Below, in pieces: positions 1 to 9,175 of a stretch of 64,000 nucleotides of DNA (the first letter of the stretch is position 1; each line of letters opens with the position of its first letter). Source of the stretch: a virus (lineage: Duplodnaviria; Heunggongvirae; Uroviricota; Caudoviricetes). The translations under genes and the position numbers were made by a program. Location of the stretch: the IMG/VR virus record IMGVR_UViG_3300031414_000001, positions 64,001 to 128,000 of that record. One strand, 5' to 3'. The notes under the pieces were generated by a model. It was not told the DNA's origin, ran no database searches, and saw only the letters and a program-made list of their open reading frames with translations.

Positions 1-658
1 TAATAGCTTCCTTAACGACATTAGTGTATTGAATACCAGAACTAATGATACCAAGTACTTTAGTATCAGTTAAGGTTCTACCAGCGTTTAGAAGATTACG
101 TAATGCTAAAGCTGATTCATACATCATAATATTGTCTAGTACTACTTGATTAGTAGCTAAACATTTTATGCTATATGTTTTAGCATTCTTCATTCCTAGC
201 ACCGATTCTTCAATAATACCCCAATTCATTCCTGGAACGTATGGGCGATTTTGTTGTACTGGTGCAGCAGTTTGAGATTGCTGTTGTTGTGTTTGTGGTT
301 TTACTTGACGCATACGAACAGCGATTGGGTCTTCAATGAAGGTTTCCCCAGCTTGCGGTTCATAATAACCATAAATGCTATCATAATCATTGTCAGAATC
401 TACGTTAACGTATTCTTGACCATAAAATGATTCTTCTTGAATATTACCATATTCTCCGGTCAGTTCTTGTAGACCGTGTAGAAGATTCTTTGTTTCAGCA
501 AGATTAACTTGAGCAAAGTCATTAACAAAAGTACTACCATCTGGTAGTTTCTTAGTTACGGCTTTCCCTTCTTCAATGTCATCGAATGCTGAAAGAATAT
601 CTCCCATTAAATCAACACCATGTTTATAGTGTTCGAAATCTCCGAAATCATCACTCAT
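1..658 (-). CDS. Hypothetical protein, C-terminus beyond window edge (MSDDFGDFEHYKHG...); possible virion/head protein; not in ORF track
   Basis: ATG at 658 overlapping the upstream stop (ATGA), AAGGAG SD; frame read manually stays open to position 1. Confidence 0.8.
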   Translation of the reverse strand, partial: MSDDFGDFEHYKHGVDLMGDILSAFDDIEEGKAVTKKLPDGSTFVNDFAQVNLAETKNLLHGLQELTGEYGNIQEESFYGQEYVNVDSDNDYDSIYGYYEPQAGETFIEDPIAVRMRQVKPQTQQQQSQTAAPVQQNRPYVPGMNWGIIEESVLGMKNAKTYSIKCLATNQVVLDNIMMYESALALRNLLNAGRTLTDTKVLGIISSGIQYTNVVKEAI

Positions 659-873
659 TGCTTACTCCTTTTAATTGATACAAAATATTCAGTTCCATCT
701 TTTTCTACCTTATTTAGAATTCCACGAGAGACAAGTTTATCACCCAACTCTTGATAGTATTCACCAAAGTACTCAACTGGCATCTCAATATTTGCATCAA
801 TCTTCTTAACAAGACGGTATTCTTCATTTGATACAATTATGGTAAACCCTTTATTTGTACCGACCGATCTCAT
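655..873 (-). CDS. Hypothetical protein, 72 aa
   Basis: ORF coupled to both neighbours; no recognisable motif. Confidence 0.75.
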   Translation of the reverse strand: MRSVGTNKGFTIIVSNEEYRLVKKIDANIEMPVEYFGEYYQELGDKLVSRGILNKVEKDGTEYFVSIKRSKQ

Positions 874-1799
874 TATCTTCCTCTCATTCTTGAACAGAAG
901 TCGATGATCTGAGAAAGAATTTCATCAGCATCATGCATACCTTCATTACCTTGTGGTGATTCTTCACCAGTAGTATCCTGTTCACCCTCAATATCACCAA
1001 TTGCTTGTGATAGACGGCCTAGACTTGGATTTTCATGTGTTAGTGGAGAAGATGTTTGTTCAATACTTCTCTTAGGTTCTGGAGCCATTACAGCACCTTC
1101 ACTATTATCCACTTCATCATGTTCATCATCTTCCTGAACAGGTTCAATGTCATCTAAACCAAATACATTTACTTGATTAGCCTTTGATGGATCTTTTGTA
1201 ACTACTAGACTTTTGTCAGGAGTTGGTCCAATATCTACACCAACAACATTAGCTAGTTCAGTACTACCAGCTTGGTTCCCAGGAACAGAAACTTTAAAAT
1301 TCGTGTTCGACGCATTACGTTGTAAATCTGCTTGCTTCATTTTGATAGCAGTTTGTGGATTTACTTGAGATTGTTGCTGAGCAGTGTTTTGTTTATTAAT
1401 CTGCTGAGCGGTCATCTGTGAAGTTATGTCTTCATTTAATTCGTCAAAAACTAATGTTTTAATTTCAGCAAGTGTTAGGTGAGAATTTTCACGCAACGCA
1501 AAAGCACAATTTGCTTTATAGAATTCTTCCAGTTCTGAAACTGTAAGTTTATTCAATGCGTTTACTTCTGCTGATTCATTAATCTTGTTTGAAGCGAAAA
1601 GTTTATAGTTCTCGCTCATTTGTGCTTTATACTTTTGTAGTACTTGCATGATAGCTCTATTATCAGAGTTATCCATTGCTTGGTTAATTTCTACAAAATC
1701 ACCAGCATCCATAGCACTCAGGGCTTGATTTACATCCATCTGTAAACCATTCGCGTCTGCGAACTTTTGAAGCTCTTGTGCGGTTTGTTGTATATCCAT
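873..1799 (-). CDS. Hypothetical late protein, candidate internal head protein
   Basis: GGAGA SD, TAAATA late box at 1839-1844, Q-rich and acidic, several (I/L/V)-x-E sites (INES, LREN, LNED). Confidence 0.7.
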   Translation of the reverse strand: MDIQQTAQELQKFADANGLQMDVNQALSAMDAGDFVEINQAMDNSDNRAIMQVLQKYKAQMSENYKLFASNKINESAEVNALNKLTVSELEEFYKANCAFALRENSHLTLAEIKTLVFDELNEDITSQMTAQQINKQNTAQQQSQVNPQTAIKMKQADLQRNASNTNFKVSVPGNQAGSTELANVVGVDIGPTPDKSLVVTKDPSKANQVNVFGLDDIEPVQEDDEHDEVDNSEGAVMAPEPKRSIEQTSSPLTHENPSLGRLSQAIGDIEGEQDTTGEESPQGNEGMHDADEILSQIIDFCSRMRGR

Positions 1800-1816
1800 A
1801 TTATCTCCAAAAAGAA

Positions 1817-1864
1817 AAACCTTTTCTGTACATGAAGATATTTATCATGTACGGGAAAAGGTTT
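1817..1864 (-). terminator. Long inverted repeat followed by a U-tract, with a late-promoter box in its loop
   Basis: Arms 1817-1835 and 1845-1864; minus-strand TTTTTCTTTTT follows; TAAATA at 1844-1839. Confidence 0.6.
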
Positions 1865-2243
1865 GCTTAGTAATGCTAATATTCCTTTCGGATGTAACAC
1901 TGTTAAATTTTGTTAGACGTGTACCATTAACGTTAGTTGGCAGTACTAGAGGTACACCAGTAACAGATAATTCCACATCCATTGGTAATGCGAATTTGAA
2001 AGTACTCACAACACATTCTCCCCATGCACTAGGGAGATTGTAGAATGATGAATTGTTGTTTTTACTCAAGTCAACTTCAGTTTTAACAACACTCACCATC
2101 ATCGGCCTGTCGAATACCATAACACATTCCAGCAATCTTGACAAATTCATCGCACCAGTAAACTCTCCATTCACAATTGTTGGAGTACTACCATCACCAA
2201 TGTCAATTACAGTGTTGATTGTGTAAAATGTATAAGAAGTCAT
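1845..2243 (-). CDS. Hypothetical protein, possibly structural
   Basis: AAGGA SD, 132 aa beta-rich sequence. Confidence 0.7.
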   Translation of the reverse strand: MTSYTFYTINTVIDIGDGSTPTIVNGEFTGAMNLSRLLECVMVFDRPMMVSVVKTEVDLSKNNNSSFYNLPSAWGECVVSTFKFALPMDVELSVTGVPLVLPTNVNGTRLTKFNSVTSERNISITKQTFSRT

Positions 2244-2244
2244 G

Positions 2245-2400
2245 TTAATCCTTTTTGCCTTTATATTCTTTATATCCGAAGAAATTCGATTTTGGCATTC
2301 TTGTAATTAGAGGATAATTAAGTCCACCGCTTACAGATGCGATTGAACCAGAACTGGTAGCACCGGAAGAAGCATTTTCGTTTACTTTTTTCTTTTTCAT
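2245..2400 (-). CDS. Small protein, 51 aa (MKKKKVNENASSGATSSGSIASVSGGLNYPLITRMPKSNFFGYKEYKGKKD); not in ORF track
   Basis: Fills the gap between flanking genes almost exactly, AAGGTG SD, resembles major capsid N-terminal arm. Confidence 0.75.
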   Translation of the reverse strand: MKKKKVNENASSGATSSGSIASVSGGLNYPLITRMPKSNFFGYKEYKGKKD

Positions 2401-2401
2401 A

Positions 2402-2671
2402 TTATTCACCTTTGTTCTTACGCTTTTCGTCTAAGGTAAGATTCTCTAACCCCTTTTCGAATTTACGATAGTCACGGTTCTTAATACTCAAGAACAAACG
2501 TCTTGTGAGGTCGTTTGCTACTTCTTCGTCAAAATCTTCGTCAATACTATCCAGTAGATTGATTATCGAATTTATTGCATGATCAGCACGATTTCCTAAA
2601 CTTTGAAGTTTTTCTTTGTCCGAAGTATAGTTAACTATACTATCCAGAAGATTGTGCTTTTTACTCGACAT
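2402..2671 (-). CDS. Hypothetical protein, 89 aa
   Basis: Helical ORF directly after the helicase. Confidence 0.7.
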   Translation of the reverse strand: MSSKKHNLLDSIVNYTSDKEKLQSLGNRADHAINSIINLLDSIDEDFDEEVANDLTRRLFLSIKNRDYRKFEKGLENLTLDEKRKNKGE

Positions 2672-2673
2672 AA

Positions 2674-4173
2674 TTACATCCTACCATTCAAAAAGTTTCT
2701 CATACTAGAAACTTTATCCTCAGCCTTTGGTGTATTTATATCTTGTGATTCAGGAGTACTGTGATTTTGTACATCATTTGTACTAGGTTTATGGGTAACT
2801 GTGGTAAGTTTATTCTGTAGAGAACTCATAGCACCGCCAGGAGCTTGTGGAGTACTGAATACATTACTTTTACCAATCATTACCTTCCCACTGTGTTTGA
2901 AACCAGTGTTAATTTCCATTTCCTGAACGGTATTAGGATGATCTAGTACTCGAAGTGAGTCAATATCGTAAGACATGATCAAACGAGAACCTACTGCTGA
3001 ACTATTACGTGTTTTCTGGAAGTCCAGAACCATTTCACCACGATCTTTACGAGCATCAATGTAAATTACGTTATCTGCTGTATAAATCTTGGAAATACCA
3101 CCAGCAATCTGTGCTTGAGACTTAACATCTTCTCCAGCAACACCAGAACGGTTGAACTGACAAGCTGTGAATACAGTTAGATCCATTTTCATAGCTAAAG
3201 CACGTAATTCTTCGGATACGAACTTATCTTTAACGAACGCATTAGACTTATCGTTCGGCCCACAACGATCTGATGTTAACAAATCGAGATAGTCTACACA
3301 AACATAGTCAAGTTTTACGCCAGTTTTGATTTGAAGTTCACGAATGTAACTTTCAATGTCGTTGACAGTACTAACAGATTCAGGTAAACGATGGATACGT
3401 AATTTACCGTTACTGCGTTCCTCAATTTTGACCTTAGCAGCAGTTTCATCAATATCAACTTTGACTTTATTCTGTGCAGTATTAACCATCATACCATAGA
3501 TACGAACAGCAACTAGTTCTGATGCTAGTTCTAGAGTGATGTAAGCACCGTTAAGTCCAGCTTTACTGAAGTTAACTGCTAAGTTTTGGAGGACAACTGA
3601 CTTACCACCACCTGACGCAGCAGCAAAGATTTCTAATTCTTGCTTACCGAAGCCACCAAATAGTTTATAGTCGAAAGTTTCCCAACCAGATTTGAATGTA
3701 CCTTGTTGTTCTGCCAATTTACGAATAACCGCTTCTGGATCTTCATAAATGTCTAGACCAATATCATTCTGTACTGTTACAAGCATGGCTTCACGAATGA
3801 GTTCTTCGATTCCACCATAACGTTTCTGGTTCACCAGTTCCATTCCTTGCTGAATAGCTTGGGCTAGAGCTTTATGACGACAGAATTCACCTACACTATC
3901 CAGTACTGCTTGTTGATTCAAATCTGGAACTACAGTTTCAGAATATGAAAAATCGGCATTGTGTTTAATGTCATTCAGTGTAGGAGTAATGTTGTACTTT
4001 GATGAATAATCATGTACATATTGAATGCTCGCATGATATTCCTTATCGAAATAGTCAGGCTTCAAAACATTCTTACAACGAACATACAAGTCCGGTGTAC
4101 TAAAAATTTGCTGTAGCAAATATAATTGATATTGAATATCGTATTTTCTAACGTCCGTGTTACTTACTGCCAT
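2674..4173 (-). CDS. gp41: Replicative DnaB-like helicase (T4 gp41-like)
   Basis: Walker A ASGGGKS, YITLE, VDYLDL, TACQFNR, KTRN motifs. Confidence 0.95.
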   Translation of the reverse strand: MAVSNTDVRKYDIQYQLYLLQQIFSTPDLYVRCKNVLKPDYFDKEYHASIQYVHDYSSKYNITPTLNDIKHNADFSYSETVVPDLNQQAVLDSVGEFCRHKALAQAIQQGMELVNQKRYGGIEELIREAMLVTVQNDIGLDIYEDPEAVIRKLAEQQGTFKSGWETFDYKLFGGFGKQELEIFAAASGGGKSVVLQNLAVNFSKAGLNGAYITLELASELVAVRIYGMMVNTAQNKVKVDIDETAAKVKIEERSNGKLRIHRLPESVSTVNDIESYIRELQIKTGVKLDYVCVDYLDLLTSDRCGPNDKSNAFVKDKFVSEELRALAMKMDLTVFTACQFNRSGVAGEDVKSQAQIAGGISKIYTADNVIYIDARKDRGEMVLDFQKTRNSSAVGSRLIMSYDIDSLRVLDHPNTVQEMEINTGFKHSGKVMIGKSNVFSTPQAPGGAMSSLQNKLTTVTHKPSTNDVQNHSTPESQDINTPKAEDKVSSMRNFLNGRM

Positions 4174-4180
4174 TTAAACC

Positions 4181-5227
4181 TCAAATCCATTTTTCAGTTT
4201 GTACTCTAATATCGAATCTATCTGTGTATATACTCTTATGAAGAAGTTGTAAACAGAACAACCTTCCATACTTAGCACATGCTTCATCAAAATCCTTAAT
4301 GTGACGGATTCCCTCTCCATCACGAACAGCCCCGAAGTCAGGTAATGCTACACTGAATCCGTGCTCGATAGCTTGTTCAATTGTTACTAGACCATCTTTA
4401 TCACGGTCTGGTACGATAACTATCATTTTACCACGTTCCTGAGCTTTCTTCAACAATTCAATTTGTGAAGTACTAAGGAAGTAGTTATTAGCAGAGATTC
4501 CACCCATTAATGCTGCGTCAATCGGGCCTTCTGCTACCAGGATGGTTTGCATCCTGTCATCATTTAGCAAATCGAAGTTATAAAAAATGCTCGTACTCAC
4601 TTGGTTCCGATAACGATATTCGCTATCTTTGTCAATGTGACGAGCAGTATAACCGATAATTTGTCCATTCATGTAATACGGAATGATGAACCGTTGGAAC
4701 ATGTAAAACTCTTTTGATGGACTCCAGTACAGATCTAAGTCCAACAGATACGGATTACGATCATTGACTGCGTTAACAACTTTCATGAACTCTGGTGGAA
4801 TATTCGGAGAATTCACCCATTCAAGGAAAGGTTTAGCGTCAGGAGGTAAATCACGTTGTACTATTTTCTGGTATAGTTTTGATGCCGCAGTATCTTGTAC
4901 TTCGTAATCGCCACTTTCTACCATTTCTTTTGCGATTAGCTTAATGCTAATCATTTCTTTATCCGACGCACCATATGAACGAAGCAAGGATTCCATATCC
5001 TTGCTTACATATCTTCCTGGTGTCCAGACTGTTTTTAGGTGACAGTTAAAACAATTATACACAACAGAACCATCATTACGGAACATGTGATTTCCACGTC
5101 CTTTCGTATCAGGTCTTGATTGTCCTCTTGTAACACAAGCAGGACAATTGTGTTGATTCCAGCGATCCATCATTGGTGCTGGGTCGTGCATAATTGATGC
5201 CATAATGTCTTGTATCTGATTCATCAT
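4181..5227 (-). CDS. gp61: DNA primase (T4 gp61-like)
   Basis: Zn ribbon CPAC...YNCFNC; TOPRIM motifs AEGPIDA, PDRDKDG, KDFDE; adjacent to helicase. Confidence 0.9.
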   Translation of the reverse strand: MMNQIQDIMASIMHDPAPMMDRWNQHNCPACVTRGQSRPDTKGRGNHMFRNDGSVVYNCFNCHLKTVWTPGRYVSKDMESLLRSYGASDKEMISIKLIAKEMVESGDYEVQDTAASKLYQKIVQRDLPPDAKPFLEWVNSPNIPPEFMKVVNAVNDRNPYLLDLDLYWSPSKEFYMFQRFIIPYYMNGQIIGYTARHIDKDSEYRYRNQVSTSIFYNFDLLNDDRMQTILVAEGPIDAALMGGISANNYFLSTSQIELLKKAQERGKMIVIVPDRDKDGLVTIEQAIEHGFSVALPDFGAVRDGEGIRHIKDFDEACAKYGRLFCLQLLHKSIYTDRFDIRVQTEKWI

Positions 5228-5259
5228 TCAAATCCTATGTCTGTGTCAGTACTTCGATC

Positions 5260-5288
5260 ATTATACCACAATTTTACAAATCATTCCA
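5260..5288 (-). promoter_or_regulatory. Pre-replicative (early/middle) promoter for primase-helicase
   Basis: TGGAA-TG-N13-TGG-TATAAT, one of ten copies with identical spacing. Confidence 0.75.
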
Positions 5289-5289
5289 T

Positions 5290-6261
5290 TTATCTGCGAA
5301 TCAAAATCTTAGGGATAGTGTTCAACGGATTATAATCTTTCTTGATTATATTAGGTGGGTAATTTTTAACAATAGGAGGGATAGCAGCTACTACACGAAC
5401 CCACATAAGTTGTCCGTGGAAGTTAAATGCTCTAATTCCTTCCAATGGAATTGGAATACCGTTTGGATCAAAATCATTCTCAATGTATTCTTTACCATCA
5501 AGTTTAATGATGAACCACTTATAGTCTTCAGCATCCTTTGGAGTTTCATTAGCTAGACAACCTTGTAGTTGAACTCTACCAATGAAATTATTGAAATAAA
5601 ATGCGATAGTACTTAAACCATCTACTAAACCATATTGAGCATCAGCACGAATCGCAGAACTATGCAATACATCGAATTCCCCAATAATACCATTAGAAAT
5701 AGGTTTATTTTCCTTATCTTTAATTGGTAGATATGAAGGATTCTTTTCTGCACTGATTTCTTGACTTGGTGTAAATGTTGGGGCTGCTAGATTACTGATA
5801 GTTAATTCAGCACTAGCTTCAAAGTTTAAACCAGTATACAAGTACTCTGTAGGTTCAATTAGATCTCCATCCATTGTTACCTTAGTAATACTCCAACGGT
5901 ATTTTGAGCCAACACTTAGGTCTTGTATAACTCCAGCAGGAACCATACAACCATAGTAGACTTTAACTTTATTACTAACAGTTGGTCGTGCTTGTCCAGC
6001 TTCAGATACCCATGAAGGTATTTGCTTGTCAAGTACTGTTTCGAAGATTCTAGTATCCGAACGGGCATCAAAGATGCTGAATACTAGATATTGATTATCA
6101 CTAATCAATGTATATTTTCCATCAGCATTATGTATTGTAAAGCTAAGTGGATTGTTTGCACCTCTATAAATGGTTAGTTTCTGTTGAGAGAAAGGCATAT
6201 TGAAATTGCCTAGAGAAACTTCATTGTTATAAGGATACATGTAAACGCCATGATGTGCCAT
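5290..6261 (-). CDS. Hypothetical late (probably virion) protein
   Basis: GAGG SD, TAAATA box at 6299-6304, beta-rich 323 aa. Confidence 0.65.
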   Translation of the reverse strand: MAHHGVYMYPYNNEVSLGNFNMPFSQQKLTIYRGANNPLSFTIHNADGKYTLISDNQYLVFSIFDARSDTRIFETVLDKQIPSWVSEAGQARPTVSNKVKVYYGCMVPAGVIQDLSVGSKYRWSITKVTMDGDLIEPTEYLYTGLNFEASAELTISNLAAPTFTPSQEISAEKNPSYLPIKDKENKPISNGIIGEFDVLHSSAIRADAQYGLVDGLSTIAFYFNNFIGRVQLQGCLANETPKDAEDYKWFIIKLDGKEYIENDFDPNGIPIPLEGIRAFNFHGQLMWVRVVAAIPPIVKNYPPNIIKKDYNPLNTIPKILIRR

Positions 6262-6273
6262 GTTAAACCTCGA

Positions 6274-6304
6274 TAAATATAATATACAATTTATACAATA
6301 TTTA
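6274..6304. promoter_or_regulatory. Face-to-face pair of late promoters
   Basis: TAAATA at 6274-6279 (+) and 6304-6299 (-) between divergent genes. Confidence 0.6.
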
Positions 6305-6314
6305 TGGAAGTCCT

Positions 6315-6668
6315 ATGAATGAATATAAAACTTATCCGTTCGTGACTATTATTGAACACGACGATATAATCTATTATGGGATTATCAAAATCAAAAGTAA
6401 ACAATACATGACATTGTACTGCTTCTCTGAGATGGATGAATCCCTTCAAGAAGAACTGCTATTACTAGCTAATAACTGGTGGTGGCAAAGTAATCGAACC
6501 ATTCCTATTTGCTTATTCATGCAAGAAGAAATGGAAAAATTTGAACCATATACCAAACGATTTAACACTGACCAAGTGAAAGTTCATAGCGGTCCAGTTA
6601 TTTCTTTAAGTGATCTACCTACTAAACGTATTAAACGTCGCAACGTTGCTCTTAAGAAGCGGAAGTGA
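6315..6668 (+). CDS. Hypothetical protein, 117 aa, basic C-terminus
   Basis: Own late box; WWWQSNRTIPI motif; function unknown. Confidence 0.7.
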   Translation: MNEYKTYPFVTIIEHDDIIYYGIIKIKSKQYMTLYCFSEMDESLQEELLLLANNWWWQSNRTIPICLFMQEEMEKFEPYTKRFNTDQVKVHSGPVISLSDLPTKRIKRRNVALKKRK

Positions 6669-7302
6669 TGTATTCAACCAATGCGTTTAACTGAACAACA
6701 ATCATCAAACTATAAGCGTATGCATGAGGCTTTTTGAAGTATCTTAACTTCCGACCTTCAGCATCAAGACCAATACCCTCATAATCCCAAATCACTGCCC
6801 TTACTTCATCCCAACTATTCATACTCTGACATTGACGCTTACCTGGACGAATCATAGCAATAAACATTGCCAATTCATCTATGCTTTTAGGCTTCCAGAT
6901 GTGGAGCAACGTAATGTGCTTCTTAATCTGAGATAGTTCTTCTACGAATTCCGGTACTAATAATAGATCCCAATCAGGCTCTTTGTTCATTAACTCCTTC
7001 AAATGATCCCTATCACGAACATGCTCATAAGCCGATTGAGACAGAATATCAACTTTTTGATATCCTAATCTTTCGGCTTCTTTATATTGTATGCTTGATA
7101 ATCCACTAATTGGATCTACAGGTATATTATCGAAGTGAACACCACTATTGTGTGGGATCAAACCATCTTCTGTAATCTTCTCTACACTTCTAGTACAGGG
7201 AAGTTGCTCTATCACTGACTTTCCATCTTTAAAGTCAATATCAATATCAGTTCGAGCTTTACGGTAATTAATAGTTTGAGAACTCTTGTGATCCGTATCC
7301 AT
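6652..7302 (-). CDS. Miniature DNA polymerase III alpha (DnaE, family C)-like protein
   Basis: DIDIDF, HNSGV, GYQKVDIL, AMIRPG, FKKPHAYAY match DnaE motifs PDIDxDF, HAAGV, GLxKxDxL, ALYRPG, FNKSHxxAY in order. Confidence 0.85.
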   Translation of the reverse strand: MDTDHKSSQTINYRKARTDIDIDFKDGKSVIEQLPCTRSVEKITEDGLIPHNSGVHFDNIPVDPISGLSSIQYKEAERLGYQKVDILSQSAYEHVRDRDHLKELMNKEPDWDLLLVPEFVEELSQIKKHITLLHIWKPKSIDELAMFIAMIRPGKRQCQSMNSWDEVRAVIWDYEGIGLDAEGRKLRYFKKPHAYAYSLMIVVQLNALVEYITSAS

Positions 7303-7627
7303 TCGTTATTTCCTTTAGTCTTTGGACTTCTTGTTTCAACGTAGCAATATCATTAGCCATAATCTTAAGTATGGATGTTTGCTCTTTAATACGCTGACGT
7401 AAAGTGAATAACGCTTCTTCATGCTGTCCAATAAAGGTAATAGCCTGTTCGATACGTTTAGGATCAGTAACCTGAAAAGTTCTGTCTCCCATTGTAATCT
7501 CGGTAACAGTACCTTGACGCAGGATTGAAAGCTGTGAAGCATTTTCTTTTAATTTCTCTTTCTCAAGAGCAATTTCTGTTTTTTCTTCTTCTGTAAGTTC
7601 TGGTTCAGAATAAATTCTTGATTTCAT
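7268..7627 (-). CDS. Hypothetical coiled-coil protein
   Basis: Coupled to neighbours; heptad-like C-terminus. Confidence 0.7.
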   Translation of the reverse strand: MKSRIYSEPELTEEEKTEIALEKEKLKENASQLSILRQGTVTEITMGDRTFQVTDPKRIEQAITFIGQHEEALFTLRQRIKEQTSILKIMANDIATLKQEVQRLKEITNGYGSQEFSNY

Positions 7628-8343
7628 ATACCTGCCTCCGTGAGTAAATTTCGTATATCCATTACTTCATCATTGTACCTGATTTGTAAAATCTTGAAGT
7701 ACGTTGGGTCAATGAATCGAACAAGATACTCTAACTCTGAATCCGAGAAACGGTTCAGTAGTTTATTTCCACTTTCTGGAGAAGCAGCGTAGATAATCCA
7801 CGGTGATAGTTTACCAGTCTCGAACCACAATATAGCACGTTCAGTACTGACATTCTCAAAGAAATCTGTCCATTCATTATCTGTAGCAACTCCCCATTCC
7901 ACAATTGCGTTAATAGAACGCTCGATACCTCGACGTGGATGTTCATTACGAATACAGCTAATTACCCATTCTTCGTATGTCTTTTGGGATTTCCATTCAT
8001 AGACGGTTTTACCACCAGTTAAGACATGCTTGATGAATTGTTCTTTATTTAGAATATCATGAGACAAAATATACTGAGCAAAATCATAGAAGTCATTAAA
8101 GTACCTGGATTTTATGAATTGCATCAATGGTTCTTCATTTTTCTTCATCTGAAATTTGTGTGCTTCCATGAATAACATGTACAGACGATATGCCTCACGC
8201 ATCAATCGGGATTCACGGTCATTATATCGATCACGCTTCACACAATTATGTGTCAGTACTGTATCTTCACGTTTATATTCTTTATCACAAAATCTACATT
8301 TAAAAGTAGGGGCTTTAGCAGCCCCTTTTTTATTTGTTGCCAT
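7624..8343 (-). CDS. Hypothetical protein with N-terminal zinc finger
   Basis: FKCRFCDKEYKREDTVLTHNC (C2HC spacing). Confidence 0.7.
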   Translation of the reverse strand: MATNKKGAAKAPTFKCRFCDKEYKREDTVLTHNCVKRDRYNDRESRLMREAYRLYMLFMEAHKFQMKKNEEPLMQFIKSRYFNDFYDFAQYILSHDILNKEQFIKHVLTGGKTVYEWKSQKTYEEWVISCIRNEHPRRGIERSINAIVEWGVATDNEWTDFFENVSTERAILWFETGKLSPWIIYAASPESGNKLLNRFSDSELEYLVRFIDPTYFKILQIRYNDEVMDIRNLLTEAGI

Positions 8344-9175
8344 ATTTTTCGGTTTCTGCCTTGAATAGTTTTAAGAGTGATTTAATCTCTTGGTCTGAAC
8401 TACCTAAATCCTTAAGTAGTTCTTCAAAGGTTTCTTTCGTGTAACTGGACAATAATATTTTGTATTCTGCCTCATTCATTTGGACAGATACGGATTCTGG
8501 TTGTGTACGTTTAATAATTTCGAAAATATTCTTATCTACATTCTTTAAACCTTTACAATGTGCCAACCAGTTATGAGCACGTTTTTGTGGCCCAATCATT
8601 TCTGATACTGAACACATAAGTTGATAGACCAATTCAGGGTGATTCTTCATTTCCCAAAAGTTACTATTAACCATGTCATTCAACATAATCAAATGGTACT
8701 TAATTGTAGTACTATCGATCAATGAAATGATTTCATGTCCAGTAATACCAAATTCTTTCATCATTAGTACTAGAGCATCAGCAGATGCCCTATCCTGAAC
8801 GGCGAATTTGATTCTCCAGTCATATTTTGCGTGTTCATACTTAGCAGTACTGATACATACTCCGTTACCAGTACCGTTGAACTCGTCTTTTAGTTCATTT
8901 AGAGCTTCTTTACCGCCGCCTGACCATTTTCCAAAGATAGCTTCTACTTTCTTCGCATTATACGTCAATTGGACTGAATCATCAAGAGAACTAATCCAAC
9001 GTAATACGATATAAGGCTGGAAATGCTTCTTTTCTTTATCACTTAGGGTTTCATAATACCCATAATCTGCCATGTCAATCTTTTCAAGTAATAGATTCAT
9101 ATCTAACTTGTGATTTGACTCGGACGCTGAATCTTCATCCTCTGAAGATATTGGTAATCCGCTAAAATCGAACAT
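8330..9175 (-). CDS. Putative clamp-loader small subunit (T4 gp62-like) with internal insertion
   Basis: FQPYIVLRWISS ... LNDMVN ... HPELVYQLM ... W pattern resembles the gp62 family; by-eye similarity only. Confidence 0.5.
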   Translation of the reverse strand: MFDFSGLPISSEDEDSASESNHKLDMNLLLEKIDMADYGYYETLSDKEKKHFQPYIVLRWISSLDDSVQLTYNAKKVEAIFGKWSGGGKEALNELKDEFNGTGNGVCISTAKYEHAKYDWRIKFAVQDRASADALVLMMKEFGITGHEIISLIDSTTIKYHLIMLNDMVNSNFWEMKNHPELVYQLMCSVSEMIGPQKRAHNWLAHCKGLKNVDKNIFEIIKRTQPESVSVQMNEAEYKILLSSYTKETFEELLKDLGSSDQEIKSLLKLFKAETEKYGNK

